This document shows positions 7,547 through 18,059 of a DNA stretch of 56,636 nt, piece by piece. Position numbers and translations under genes: made by a program. The DNA lies in IMG/VR virus record IMGVR_UViG_3300046167_000031, positions 1 through 56,636 of that record, one strand, 5' to 3'. Under the pieces are notes generated by a model. That model searched no databases and was not told where the DNA came from. It worked only from the letters and a program-made list of their open reading frames with translations. How positions within the stretch are numbered: position 1 is the first letter of the stretch; every line of letters begins with the position of its first letter. Source of the stretch: a virus (Duplodnaviria; Caudoviricetes).

Positions 7547-8399
7547 CAAGTACTATACATCTAATGATTACAGTATGTTACGCGACAGAACTAAACAAGA
7601 CTATAAGTATTTCTTGAGTGTAATGTGTAAAGAATTTGGTGATGTAAAGTATACTGACTTGACAAGTAAGCAAGCTAAACACGCTTACGAAGATTGGGTT
7701 GCGCGGGGTATCAGCCTCGCCAACCATGTCTGTACTGTGTCATCTATCGTATTCAGATACGCCATTGAGATGGAGTATGCTACCATCAATCCATTCGCTA
7801 ATGTTAAGCGTAAGTCTGCACCACAACGCAAGGTGGTGTGGACTGAGGATGATGTGCGCCAATTCCTTGACACTGCATACAGTGCATTTGAATGGCGTAG
7901 TATCGGTTTGATAGTACACATGGCATACGAATGGTGTCAGCGACTAGGTGACATGCGCTTGCTTACATGGGATAACTTTGACTTTGCCAATAGGAAGCTA
8001 TCTCTTGAGCAATCCAAGCGTAGGTCACAGGTAACTTTGCCTATCGAAGATGACCTATACGATATGCTGATACATCAAGAGCAGGACTTTGGCTTTCAAC
8101 AGTACGTTGTTCCTCGTACAATGCCTGTACAGGGGCAGTACCACCCTTACAGCATGGAGAGGCTGTCCAAAGCTGGACGGGCTGTCATGCGCGAAGCTGG
8201 GCTGTCTGATGAACTGAGACTGTCTGACTTACGAAGGACTGGCACTACACAAATGGTTGAGGCAGGTGTACCTATGGGACAAATCATGTCGGTTACAGGA
8301 CACACTAACCCACAGTCAGTTAAACCATACATGAAAAATACTTACGCTTCTGCAAATAATGCATTGACAACTCGTAAGTCGCATGGTAAAAGCACTTAA
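7521..8399 (+). CDS. Tyrosine recombinase / integrase
   Basis: Catalytic R (QRLGD), K, DLRRT, GH and Y residues. Confidence 0.9.
   Translation: MRTVQQLVDKYYTSNDYSMLRDRTKQDYKYFLSVMCKEFGDVKYTDLTSKQAKHAYEDWVARGISLANHVCTVSSIVFRYAIEMEYATINPFANVKRKSAPQRKVVWTEDDVRQFLDTAYSAFEWRSIGLIVHMAYEWCQRLGDMRLLTWDNFDFANRKLSLEQSKRRSQVTLPIEDDLYDMLIHQEQDFGFQQYVVPRTMPVQGQYHPYSMERLSKAGRAVMREAGLSDELRLSDLRRTGTTQMVEAGVPMGQIMSVTGHTNPQSVKPYMKNTYASANNALTTRKSHGKST
8364..8392 (+). promoter_or_regulatory. Possible promoter for the primase operon
   Basis: TTGACA-17-TAAAAG with TG extension. Confidence 0.35.
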
Positions 8400-8424
8400 C
8401 TGCCGCAGAGAAAGTGATATAGTT

Positions 8425-9198
8425 ATGAACATATATAATATAGTAAGTGAATTAGATATACCTAATGGTCATACTAAGAGAATGGCTTGTCCTAACTGTG
8501 GCAAGCGTACCTTTACTGTGACCAACAACATGGGTAGCTTGGTATGGAACTGCTATCGTATGTCATGCGGTGTCAAGGGTGGCACTCGTGTTCACATGAC
8601 GGTAGAGGACATCAGGGCTGGCATGGGTAATGCACAAGATTTTGCTGATGATGTCATACCCTTTGAGTTACCTACCTACATCATACCTCATCGTGACAAT
8701 GTGTACATGAACAGGTGGTGTGCTGAGTGGGGATTAGATATAGATGAATTAGGTTTGTTGTATGATGTAAAGGAAAGCCGTGTGGTATTCCCTGTCATGC
8801 AAGAAGGTAAGATGGTAGATGGTACAGGCAGGTCATTGTCTGGGCATCGTCTACCTAAATGGAAACGATATGGAAAAAGTGGCTTGCCTTATACCGCTGG
8901 TTGTGGTAAAGTCGCAGTTGTTGTTGAGGACTGTGTGAGTGCAGCCGTTGTTGGTTACGGTAACTTTGTCGGGGTTGCGCTTCTTGGAACAAGTTTGCAA
9001 GAGTCGCATAAAAGGTATCTTGCACAGTTCTCAACAGCCGTAATAGCGTTAGACCCCGATGCGCTACCCAAGACTTTGCAGATGGCAAAGGAACTACGTG
9101 GATACGTGAACGATGTTCGTGTCCTACGTTTGACTGATGACTTGAAATATCGTAACCCCGAAGATATGGAGAAGCTAAATGGAATTATCACTGATTAG
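8425..9198 (+). CDS. DNA primase (Zn finger + TOPRIM)
   Basis: CPNC..CYRMSC; VVEDCVSA; ALDPD. Confidence 0.85.
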   Translation: MNIYNIVSELDIPNGHTKRMACPNCGKRTFTVTNNMGSLVWNCYRMSCGVKGGTRVHMTVEDIRAGMGNAQDFADDVIPFELPTYIIPHRDNVYMNRWCAEWGLDIDELGLLYDVKESRVVFPVMQEGKMVDGTGRSLSGHRLPKWKRYGKSGLPYTAGCGKVAVVVEDCVSAAVVGYGNFVGVALLGTSLQESHKRYLAQFSTAVIALDPDALPKTLQMAKELRGYVNDVRVLRLTDDLKYRNPEDMEKLNGIITD

Positions 9199-10402
9199 AA
9201 GTTTGATGGACAAGGAGTTCTACGATGACCATCGTGGTTCCAAGTGTCCTGACCGCTTGTTCAGTAGTGATGTGCGAAAGATTAAGAAAGCTATCGACAC
9301 AGCTATGGACAAGTATGAGCGTACCGTATCACCAGATGAGATTGAGGCATTGTTTATGTCAGACAATCCTACTCTGACTACGGCACAGAAAGCCTCATAC
9401 AGTAGCCTGTTTGCACAGGTGAAGCGTGAGCAGCCTATGGGTAGTGACATAGCACAAGAGGTGCTATCCAAACTATTCCAGCAGGTAATTGGAGAAGACG
9501 TTGCTAATATCGGATTCGATATGGTCAACGGTGATGCTTCTACACTAGAGGCATTGCGTAACTTGCTTGAGAGATACGGTGATGACTTCATCCCCAACCT
9601 TAATATCGAATGGGATGATATCACTATCGAAACTCTCATGGCTAAAGCTGAGTTGGAAGCCAAGTGGGCATTCAACATACCATCAGTGACACGTAAGATA
9701 GAAGGTGTGTCAGGTGGTCAGCTTATCGAAGTAGGTGCTAGACCTAACACTGGTAAGACATCCTTCCATGCCAGCTTGATTGCTGCGCCGGGTGGATTTG
9801 CCTCACAGGGTGCTAAGTGTATCATCCTATGTAATGAAGAGCCTACCCACCGTGTCGGTGCTAGATACCTAACAGCAGCGGCTGGAATGACAGCACGAGA
9901 GGTGCGAGATGACATGACTAAGGCCAAGCACATGTACGAACCTGTGATGAACAACATCAAGATTAAGGATGCAGGTGGTAGAGACATGGCGTGGGTTGAG
10001 TCTGTATGTAAATCATTCAAGCCTGACATTCTAGTACTAGACATGGGTGATAAGTTTGGTGTGGCAGGTAACTATGCCAGACCAGACGAAGCACTGAAGG
10101 CTTGTGCTATCTACGCTAGGCAGATTGCAAAGACCTATGACTGTGCCGTATTCTATATGTCACAGCTATCAGCAGATGCTGAAGGTCGTGCGCAGCTTAA
10201 CCAATCAATGATGGAAGGCTCACGTACAGGTAAGGCTGCTGAAGCTGACTTGATGATACTAATTGGTAAGTCACCTACCGTAGAAGGACAGGAAGAAGAA
10301 AGCCCACTACGTCATATCAACATCGTTAAGAACAAGTTGAATGGCTGGCATGGCATGGTGAACTGTGAACTCAACTATCAGACAGCGAGGTACGAAGGAT
10401 GA
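9179..10402 (+). CDS. DnaB/T7 gp4-like replicative helicase
   Basis: GARPNTGKT Walker A, LVLD Walker B, SQL, KNK. Confidence 0.9.
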   Translation: MELSLIRSLMDKEFYDDHRGSKCPDRLFSSDVRKIKKAIDTAMDKYERTVSPDEIEALFMSDNPTLTTAQKASYSSLFAQVKREQPMGSDIAQEVLSKLFQQVIGEDVANIGFDMVNGDASTLEALRNLLERYGDDFIPNLNIEWDDITIETLMAKAELEAKWAFNIPSVTRKIEGVSGGQLIEVGARPNTGKTSFHASLIAAPGGFASQGAKCIILCNEEPTHRVGARYLTAAAGMTAREVRDDMTKAKHMYEPVMNNIKIKDAGGRDMAWVESVCKSFKPDILVLDMGDKFGVAGNYARPDEALKACAIYARQIAKTYDCAVFYMSQLSADAEGRAQLNQSMMEGSRTGKAAEADLMILIGKSPTVEGQEEESPLRHINIVKNKLNGWHGMVNCELNYQTARYEG

Positions 10403-12441
10403 AGCTAGTACTTGATGTAGAAAACACAGTAACCAAGCGTGGTGGTAAGCTACACCTTGACCCCTTTGAGCCTAACAACTCATTGACTATGGTGGGTGTA
10501 CTGACTGACCAAGGACATGAACAGCATTTCCCTTTTGACCATGCTGATGTTCCTAATCAACCTGACTACCATGAGCGTGTGCAGTGGTATCTTGACCAAG
10601 CCACTGTACTCATATGTCACAACGTGGCACATGATTTGCTATGGCTATGGGAGTCAGGCTTCAAGTATGATGGTGCAGTGTTTGATACTATGCTTGTTGA
10701 GTATGTCTTGCAGCGTGGACTGAAGGAACCTCTATCACTAGAGGCTTGTGCAGAACGCTACGAGTTGGATACGAAGAAGCAGGATACACTCAAGGAGTAC
10801 TTCAAGCAGGGCTACAGCACACGAGACATACCATACAACGAGTTGTGTGAGTACCTGTCTGCTGACCTTCATGCTACGCAGCAGCTTGCTGACAAGCTAT
10901 GGTACAGATTAAACACTACGGCAGATGCAGGTCTGCTATCTACTGCACGACTGACTAACCGTGTGGCTAAGTGCCTGACTAAGATATATCAGACAGGCTT
11001 TGCCGTTGACTTGACTAAGCTAGAAGAAGTACGCAGTGAGTTTGAGCAAGAGAAGCAACAACTTACTACTGACTTACAGGCTCATGTACGTAAGCTGATG
11101 GGCGATACACCTATCAACCTCAATAGCCCAGAGCAATTGTCATGGGTTATCTACAGCCGCAAGGTTATGGACAAACCGTATTGGGGTAATGCTATTGACC
11201 CATACATGGCAGACGCAGACTTCCGCAGCCTGATTGCTGGTGGTACAGAGCGTATGCACAAGACAACAGCACAACAGTGCCGCGAGTGTAACGGTACTGG
11301 TCAGATACGAAAGGTAAAGAAAGATGGAACACCATTTGCTAGACCCACAGGCTGTAAGAACTGTAGTGGGCGGGGTTATCTGCTTGTACCTACTGTGGAC
11401 GTGGCGGGGCTGAAGTTCAAGCCACCGACAGCTAAGTGGGCAAGTGCTAACGGCTTCTCTACCAGCAAGCAGAACCTAGAGGTACTAGAATCAGCAGCTA
11501 AGTCCAGAGGACTGGATGATGCAGTTGACTTCTTATACAAGGTGCGGCGGCTATCTGCTGTCGATACCTACCTGTCATCCTTTGTTGATGGCATTGGGTT
11601 GTACACTAAGAGTGATGGCAAGCTGCATGTGCGTCTGTTACAGCATCGCACATCAACTGGTCGCTTCTCTGGTGCTGACCCTAACATGCAGAACATGCCA
11701 CGTGGCGGCACGTTCCCTGTAAAGAAAGTGTTTGTGTCACGATGGGATGGTGGTAAGATAATGGAAGCTGACTTTGCACAGCTTGAGTTTCGTACTGCCG
11801 CGTACTTATCACAGGACGAGGTGGCTATTGAAGAAGTATCTACTGGATTTGATGTACATGCATACACCGCTAAAGTTATTAGTGATGCTGGTCAGCCTAC
11901 GAGTAGGCAGGATGCAAAGGCGCATACGTTTGCTCCACTCTACGGCGCAACAGGATATGGCAGAAGCAAAGCCGAAGCAGCATACTATGAACACTTCACA
12001 GCAAAGTACAAAGGAGTTGCCGCTTGGCACTCCCGACTGGCTAAAGAAGCTGTGAACACACAAAAGATAACCACGCCTAGTGGTAGAGAGTTTGCGTTCC
12101 CTGATGTGGTACGTAAATCTACAGGGCGTGTCTCTCACTTTACACAGATTAAGAATTACCCTGTGCAATCATTCGCTACTGCAGACATTGTACCTATTGC
12201 ATTGCTGCATATTGATGACTTGCTAAAGGGTATGCAATCATGTATAGTGAACTCAGTGCATGACAGTATTGTTATTGACGTACACCCTGACGAAGAAGCG
12301 CAGGTTATCAATGTCATAGCTGCTACTAATGATGCACTACCTGAACTCATCACTTTACGGTGGGGAGTTGACTTCAACGTACCTCTATTATTAGAGGCAA
12401 AGATAGGCCCGAATTGGCTTGACACCAAGGACGTAACCTGA
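10399..12441 (+). CDS. polA: Family A DNA polymerase with 3'-5' exonuclease and DnaJ-type Zn-finger insert
   Basis: LDVE exo I, TGRFS..PNMQN, ADFAQLE, NYPVQS, VHD; CRECNGTG and CKNCSGRG. Confidence 0.95.
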   Translation: MKLVLDVENTVTKRGGKLHLDPFEPNNSLTMVGVLTDQGHEQHFPFDHADVPNQPDYHERVQWYLDQATVLICHNVAHDLLWLWESGFKYDGAVFDTMLVEYVLQRGLKEPLSLEACAERYELDTKKQDTLKEYFKQGYSTRDIPYNELCEYLSADLHATQQLADKLWYRLNTTADAGLLSTARLTNRVAKCLTKIYQTGFAVDLTKLEEVRSEFEQEKQQLTTDLQAHVRKLMGDTPINLNSPEQLSWVIYSRKVMDKPYWGNAIDPYMADADFRSLIAGGTERMHKTTAQQCRECNGTGQIRKVKKDGTPFARPTGCKNCSGRGYLLVPTVDVAGLKFKPPTAKWASANGFSTSKQNLEVLESAAKSRGLDDAVDFLYKVRRLSAVDTYLSSFVDGIGLYTKSDGKLHVRLLQHRTSTGRFSGADPNMQNMPRGGTFPVKKVFVSRWDGGKIMEADFAQLEFRTAAYLSQDEVAIEEVSTGFDVHAYTAKVISDAGQPTSRQDAKAHTFAPLYGATGYGRSKAEAAYYEHFTAKYKGVAAWHSRLAKEAVNTQKITTPSGREFAFPDVVRKSTGRVSHFTQIKNYPVQSFATADIVPIALLHIDDLLKGMQSCIVNSVHDSIVIDVHPDEEAQVINVIAATNDALPELITLRWGVDFNVPLLLEAKIGPNWLDTKDVT

Positions 12442-12447
12442 TATAAC
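12419..12447 (+). promoter_or_regulatory. Sigma70-type promoter
   Basis: TTGACA-17-TATAAC. Confidence 0.75.
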
Positions 12448-12480
12448 TATGCATTCCACAACTGAAAAGGAGTTAATTAT

Positions 12481-13350
12481 ATGACTGAACTTACAACAAT
12501 TGATACAAACAACTATGCTGAGATGGCTAAAGCTATGGGCATGGCAAATGAAGCAGCAACCACCAAGAAGCAGGGCATGTTCCTTGCTAGGTTACGCATC
12601 AACCACTCTGCTATTCTTGGTGCAGAGAGCATCTTAGTCAAGGCAGGTACGTACAAGCTGGAGATTCCAGATGGCCCTACCTACTACGCTGAGTCTGCTA
12701 TTGTCCGTCCATTCATGCAACGCTTCATGTACAAGAAGTTTGTCATGGGTAGTGCTGGCAAACCTAATCGTTACGTTAAGACTGTTATGGCTGATACCCT
12801 TAACATGGACTTGAAGGATAACGATGGCGGCTACAACTGTGGCAAACCTGCTGGCTGGATTGAAGACTATGCTTCACTGCCTGAAGCTACCAAAGAGTTA
12901 ATCAAGTCAATCAAGCGTGTACGAGTAGTGCTTGGCAATGTCGAGTTGATTAATCCTAAAGATGTCAACGGTAATCCTGTTGAGTTGGAGTCTACCCCAT
13001 TCATCTGGGAAGTAGAGAACCGTGACGCATTCAAGACAGTTGGTGGCGTGTTCACAAAGCTGGCTAAGATGAAGCGTCTACCTGTCCAGCATACAGTAGA
13101 CCTTACTACTGAGGAGCGTAAGCTGCCTAATGGCAATAGCTTCTACCTACCTCTGACTGGTATGGATACTACCAAGACAGTTGAACTACAGCAGAAAGAC
13201 CAAGACCTCTTTGCTGACTTCATGTCATGGGTGCAGAACTACAACGAGTACATCATCAATGCCTATGCAGAGAAAGCAGGGGATAGTGATGGTGATGAGT
13301 TGGATGAGTTGGATATCAACGACATCATTGACGTTGAAGAGGTAGCATAA
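12481..13350 (+). CDS. Probable ssDNA-binding protein
   Basis: Position after the polymerase; acidic C-terminal tail. Confidence 0.55.
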   Translation: MTELTTIDTNNYAEMAKAMGMANEAATTKKQGMFLARLRINHSAILGAESILVKAGTYKLEIPDGPTYYAESAIVRPFMQRFMYKKFVMGSAGKPNRYVKTVMADTLNMDLKDNDGGYNCGKPAGWIEDYASLPEATKELIKSIKRVRVVLGNVELINPKDVNGNPVELESTPFIWEVENRDAFKTVGGVFTKLAKMKRLPVQHTVDLTTEERKLPNGNSFYLPLTGMDTTKTVELQQKDQDLFADFMSWVQNYNEYIINAYAEKAGDSDGDELDELDINDIIDVEEVA

Positions 13351-14204
13351 TGAACCATCCTGCTGAACTGGCGTTACATCAGTACATGGATAGTGCTGTC
13401 AAGGGTGACAGTACCATGTCTGAGACTACCATCAATCAGGTAGCCGCAGATATATCCGATGCACTGAAGCGTCAGTTTGGTGGGGGAACTAAGAGAGGTG
13501 ACTTCAGGATTCGCATGTCCAATGTTGGCAGACCTACTTGCCAGCTATGGTATGAGAAGAACAAGCCTGAAGTTGCCTTGCCTTTCCCCACCACATTCAT
13601 AATGAACATGATGCTTGGAGACATCGTTGAAGCTGTCTTCAAGGGATTGCTAAAGGAAGCGGGGGTACAATATGAAGATAGTAAAACCGTTCATCTGGAC
13701 GTTGGTGACGATAGCATTCGCGGCTCATATGATATTGTCATTAACGATGCTGTCGATGATATTAAATCAGCTTCCGACTGGTCATATAGAAACAAATTTG
13801 AATCCTACGATACCCTTGCCAGTGGTGATGGTTTCGGATACGTAGGCCAGTTAGCTGGCTACGCAAAGGCATCCGGCAAGAAGGTCGGTGGCTGGTGGGT
13901 AGTCAACAAAGCTAATGGTGCGTTCAAGTATGTACCAGCTACAGGACTTGACCTTGATGCAGAGGTTAAGAAGATAGAGGATACAGTAGCAACAGTAAAG
14001 GAGAACAGATTTGAAAAGTGTTTTCAACCAGTACCAGAGAAGTTTAGAGGCAAGGAGACAGGTAACAAAATACTTAATGATGGCTGCAGGTTTTGTAGCT
14101 ATCGTTTTGATTGTTGGCCTACTCTAACAGAGAAGCCAGCCGTTAAGTCACAGGCAAAGAATCCACCTATCATCTCATACATAGGAGATGTAATTGCTGC
14201 ATAA
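13350..14204 (+). CDS. PD-(D/E)xK (Cas4-like) exonuclease
   Basis: GSYD..DDIKS, QLAGY, CRFCSYRFDC. Confidence 0.8.
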   Translation: MNHPAELALHQYMDSAVKGDSTMSETTINQVAADISDALKRQFGGGTKRGDFRIRMSNVGRPTCQLWYEKNKPEVALPFPTTFIMNMMLGDIVEAVFKGLLKEAGVQYEDSKTVHLDVGDDSIRGSYDIVINDAVDDIKSASDWSYRNKFESYDTLASGDGFGYVGQLAGYAKASGKKVGGWWVVNKANGAFKYVPATGLDLDAEVKKIEDTVATVKENRFEKCFQPVPEKFRGKETGNKILNDGCRFCSYRFDCWPTLTEKPAVKSQAKNPPIISYIGDVIAA

Positions 14205-14646
14205 GGCAAGACGTATGGCTATTAAGTATGGGTATCGCAGTGGGCTAGAACATCAGCTATCCCTGTATCTTGATGAACACAAGGTCAAGTATGACTACGA
14301 GAACATCAAGATAGAATGGGAAGACCTAGCCTACCGCACCTATACACCAGACTTTATACTATACAACGGTATCATTATTGAGACTAAGGGAAGGTTCCTT
14401 GCGGCAGATAGGCGAAAGCATGTCGCTATCAAGAAGCAGCATCCCAAGCTTGACATCAGGTTTGTGTTCACTAATAGTAGAGCCAAGCTTAGTAAGGGAG
14501 CGAAGTCTTCCTACGCTGACTGGTGTATCAAGCATGGGTTTAGATACTATGACCGTATCATTCCTGAAGACTGGCTAAAAGAGAAAGGCAAGAACAAACA
14601 TCCCGCATTTATAAAGTTCAAGGGTTCAAAAGTAAAAAGGAGATAG
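14194..14646 (+). CDS. T7 endonuclease I-like Holliday junction resolvase
   Basis: YRSGLE, YTPDF, IETKG, DIRFVF. Confidence 0.9.
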   Translation: MLHKARRMAIKYGYRSGLEHQLSLYLDEHKVKYDYENIKIEWEDLAYRTYTPDFILYNGIIIETKGRFLAADRRKHVAIKKQHPKLDIRFVFTNSRAKLSKGAKSSYADWCIKHGFRYYDRIIPEDWLKEKGKNKHPAFIKFKGSKVKRR

Positions 14647-14649
14647 CAC

Positions 14650-15018
14650 ATGGATATGGAACAGCTAAAGAAACAGATAGAAGATGAAGACTTTGTTATA
14701 CGCCTACGGCCTTACGCTGACGATGATGGTAAGTGGAGTGGCGAGATTGATATATCCATCATGGCCTTTCCTGAGAACAAAATGGATGACGATGACTACG
14801 GGCAGGTAATGCATTTTTGTAAGATGATGTGTGCTACTGTACCTATCATGGAAGAGTCAAAAGATATTCGCGATATAGTTCACGATTATGTGATGGAAGT
14901 TATTGACAACGAGATGGATATTACTGTAGAGTTAGAAGAAGAAGCAGGTGTTGAGAAAACCTATGATGGTAATGTAATACACCTTAACTTTAATACTAAG
15001 ACAGGGGGTTCAGCATGA
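14650..15018 (+). CDS. Acidic hypothetical protein
   Basis: RBS, 122 aa. Confidence 0.7.
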   Translation: MDMEQLKKQIEDEDFVIRLRPYADDDGKWSGEIDISIMAFPENKMDDDDYGQVMHFCKMMCATVPIMEESKDIRDIVHDYVMEVIDNEMDITVELEEEAGVEKTYDGNVIHLNFNTKTGGSA

Positions 15019-15317
15019 GTAGACACGAGGATTACATGAAGATAATGAGGGAAAAAGAGCAAGCAGGTAAGGAAGCCTACAGCGGTAACGTACTTGATAT
15101 GGTCAACAGCCCACCACATTACAACCAGACTGGCATTGAGTGCATCCATGCTATCTCTGCTGCCACTGACAAAGGGTTCAGGTACTACCTGCAGGGTAAC
15201 ATTATGAAATACCTCTGGCGTTTCGACTACAAGGAAAAGCCCTTAGAGGATTTGCAAAAGGCCAAGTGGTACTTGGACAAGTTGATTGAAGAGGTTATGG
15301 CAGATGGCAAGAGTTAA
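15015..15317 (+). CDS. DUF3310 / T7 gp1.7-like nucleotide kinase
   Basis: VNSPPHY, IECI, GNIMKYLWR, EDLQKAKWYL. Confidence 0.85.
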   Translation: MSRHEDYMKIMREKEQAGKEAYSGNVLDMVNSPPHYNQTGIECIHAISAATDKGFRYYLQGNIMKYLWRFDYKEKPLEDLQKAKWYLDKLIEEVMADGKS

Positions 15318-15465
15318 ACTGTTCATTACCATAGACGTAGACGAAGAAGAGTATCCTGTACCTGCTGATGGACAGGTTGGAGAAGAGATAGAGGATGGCA
15401 TACGTGAATACTTCTACGATGTAGACGGTGCTGACATCAAAACAATTAGAACTATTATGGAGTAA
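15304..15465 (+). CDS. Small acidic protein, 53 aa (not in ORF track)
   Basis: MARVKLFITIDVDEEEYPVPADG... Confidence 0.65.
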   Translation: MARVKLFITIDVDEEEYPVPADGQVGEEIEDGIREYFYDVDGADIKTIRTIME

Positions 15466-15469
15466 TGAA

Positions 15470-17401
15470 ATGAGAAGCAACCAATTACCAACTGACTATC
15501 AAAACTTTATTGCTCTTTCCCGATACGCAAGATGGAAAGAGGATGAGCAACGAAGGGAGACATGGGGTGAAACTGTCACTAGATACTTTGATTATATGGA
15601 AGGGCATCTTGGTGCTAACTTTAGTTATAAGCTTCCTGATTCACTAAGAGGTGAACTAGAAGGGGCTGTACTTAGTCAGGCTATCATGCCTAGCATGAGG
15701 GCATTGATGACTTCAGGGCCAGCACTAGACCGTTGCCACGTAGGTGGATACAACTGCTCATACGTACCTGTGGATAGCCCACGTGCGTTCGATGAGACTA
15801 TGTACATCCTCATGTGTGGCACAGGTGTAGGCTTCTCTGTGGAGCGTCATTGTATTGAGAAGCTGCCTATTGTGAATGAAGACTTCCATCACACAGACAC
15901 AGTAATCAAGGTAGGTGACAGTCGTCCGGGTTGGGCTAAGTCACTAAAGGAACTGATTGCTATGCTATACACTGGACAGATTCCCAAGTGGGATGTGTCT
16001 GAGGTACGTGCAGCAGGTGAACGCCTCAAGACATTTGGTGGTAGGGCATCAGGCCCACAGCCTCTGGTTGAGTTGTTTGAGTTTGTTGTACAGAAGTTTA
16101 AGGGTGCAGCAGGACGTAGGCTCTACCCAATTGAGTGTCACGACATCATGTGTAAGATTGGTGAAGTGGTAGTCGTAGGTGGTGTACGCCGTAGTGCATT
16201 GATTTCATTGTCTAATCTTAATGATGACCAGATGGCACATGCCAAGTCCGGTCAGTGGTGGGAGAATGAAGGACAACGTGCGTTGGCTAATAACTCTGTC
16301 GCATACAAGACTAAGCCTGAGATGGGTACATTCATGCGTGAGTGGCTGTCTCTGTATGACAGCAAGTCAGGTGAGCGTGGCATCTTCAACAGGCAGTCAG
16401 CTATCAAGCAAGCTGCTAAGAATGGTAGACGTGAGACTGACCATGACTTCGGGTGTAATCCTTGCAGTGAGATTATCTTACGCCCATACCAGTTCTGTAA
16501 TTTGTCAGAGGTAGTTGTACGTGAGAGTGATACAGTAGATACACTCAAAGAAAAGGTACGCCTAGCTACTATCCTTGGTACATTCCAAGCTACGTTGACT
16601 AACTTCAAATACCTACGTAATGTATGGAAGAAGAACACAGAAGAAGAACGCTTGCTTGGTGTGTCATTGACAGGTATCATGGACAACAAACTGACATCGA
16701 CAACAGGAGATAAGCTTGAGGTTATGTTGGAAGTCCTACGTGATACTGCAGTGCAGACTAATGCAGCTATGGCAAAGCAGCTTGACATACCACAGTCTAC
16801 TGCAGTTACTTGTGTAAAGCCTAGCGGTACGGTGTCTCAACTTACTGATGCAGCGTCAGGTATCCATGCACGGCATAACCCATACTACATACGTACTGTA
16901 CGTGGTGATAATAAAGACCCACTCACACAGTTCCTTATGTCACAGGGTATTCCAGCAGAGCCTGATGTAATGAAGCCAGATAGCACAACAGTGTTCAGCT
17001 TCCCTATGAAGTCACCCTCTGGTGCAATCACTAGGACACAGATGAATGCTATTGAGCAGCTTGAGTTATGGCTTACCTATCAGCGTCATTGGTGTGAACA
17101 CAAACCATCAGTCACTATCTCAGTCAAAGAGAATGAGTGGATGGCTGTAGGCTCTTGGGTATATGAACACTTTGATGAGGTATCTGGTATCAGCTTCCTG
17201 CCATTCAGTGAGCATACATATCAGCAAGCACCTTATCAGGATACAGATGAAGAAAGTTACAAAGAGTTCTTGACAAAGATGCCAAAGAATGTAGACTGGT
17301 CATTGCTGCAAGAGTTTGAGAAAGAAGATACCACTTCAGGTGGACGTGAGTTAGCGTGTACTGCTGGTGTCTGTGAGATTGTAGATATAGAAGCAGCATA
17401 G
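15470..17401 (+). CDS. nrdJ: Class II (B12-dependent) ribonucleotide reductase
   Basis: NPCSEI, CNL, KPSGTVS, C-terminal CTAGVC; no beta subunit gene seen. Confidence 0.9.
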   Translation: MRSNQLPTDYQNFIALSRYARWKEDEQRRETWGETVTRYFDYMEGHLGANFSYKLPDSLRGELEGAVLSQAIMPSMRALMTSGPALDRCHVGGYNCSYVPVDSPRAFDETMYILMCGTGVGFSVERHCIEKLPIVNEDFHHTDTVIKVGDSRPGWAKSLKELIAMLYTGQIPKWDVSEVRAAGERLKTFGGRASGPQPLVELFEFVVQKFKGAAGRRLYPIECHDIMCKIGEVVVVGGVRRSALISLSNLNDDQMAHAKSGQWWENEGQRALANNSVAYKTKPEMGTFMREWLSLYDSKSGERGIFNRQSAIKQAAKNGRRETDHDFGCNPCSEIILRPYQFCNLSEVVVRESDTVDTLKEKVRLATILGTFQATLTNFKYLRNVWKKNTEEERLLGVSLTGIMDNKLTSTTGDKLEVMLEVLRDTAVQTNAAMAKQLDIPQSTAVTCVKPSGTVSQLTDAASGIHARHNPYYIRTVRGDNKDPLTQFLMSQGIPAEPDVMKPDSTTVFSFPMKSPSGAITRTQMNAIEQLELWLTYQRHWCEHKPSVTISVKENEWMAVGSWVYEHFDEVSGISFLPFSEHTYQQAPYQDTDEESYKEFLTKMPKNVDWSLLQEFEKEDTTSGGRELACTAGVCEIVDIEAA

Positions 17402-17413
17402 GAAGGAGAAGCA

Positions 17414-17668
17414 ATGAAGGAAGTATTAGTAAATGCAATACGTTCCCACTTAGCTGGGAACATTAACAAACACCTAGCAAACATACAGGTGTACATGAAT
17501 AGCACAACAGGTATCGGTGAACACTCCGATATCGTAGAGACTATTGAACTGGAACTAGAACAAGTTGCTAACTACCATGATAAACTAGAGATGTTAGTTA
17601 AGTATTTTATTCAACCCTCAACCACTGAAGAGGAGACTACAGATGAAGAACCTAGAGCCAAAGATTGA
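17414..17668 (+). CDS. Conserved hypothetical phage protein
   Basis: GIGEHSDIVE motif, RBS. Confidence 0.7.
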   Translation: MKEVLVNAIRSHLAGNINKHLANIQVYMNSTTGIGEHSDIVETIELELEQVANYHDKLEMLVKYFIQPSTTEEETTDEEPRAKD

Positions 17669-18059
17669 AGACCGCAAGAAGTTTGACATTGACCTAGAGT
17701 ACGGTAAGGTACGTGAGCAACAGGTAGCTGACATGCTACAAGACAAGAAGATTGAGGTGAAGAGTGAGAGAGATGTGTGGCAAAAGACTGGCAACATTGC
17801 AATCGAATACGAGTGCTATGGTAAACCAAGTGGCATCAACGCTACGGAATCAGATTACTGGTTCCACAACCTTTGCATTGGTGATGAAACATTTGCAACA
17901 CTGGTGTTCGATACTGCCTCGTTGAAGCGCATCATATCTAACTTAGATAAGAAGCGTAGTGTTTCTGGTGGGGATAACAATGCATCTCGTATGTATCTGT
18001 TGAACCTACAGAAGTTGTTTTCCTCTGATGTGATAAAGGCGTTTAAAGATGCGGCGTAA
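17643..18059 (+). CDS. PD-(D/E)xK-like nuclease-fold protein
   Basis: IEVKSER..TGNIAIEY. Confidence 0.6.
   Translation: MKNLEPKIEDRKKFDIDLEYGKVREQQVADMLQDKKIEVKSERDVWQKTGNIAIEYECYGKPSGINATESDYWFHNLCIGDETFATLVFDTASLKRIISNLDKKRSVSGGDNNASRMYLLNLQKLFSSDVIKAFKDAA

Noticed and set aside
13350-14204. Cas4 as evidence of a CRISPR system
   Set aside because: A standalone PD-(D/E)xK exonuclease in the replication module, common in phages.
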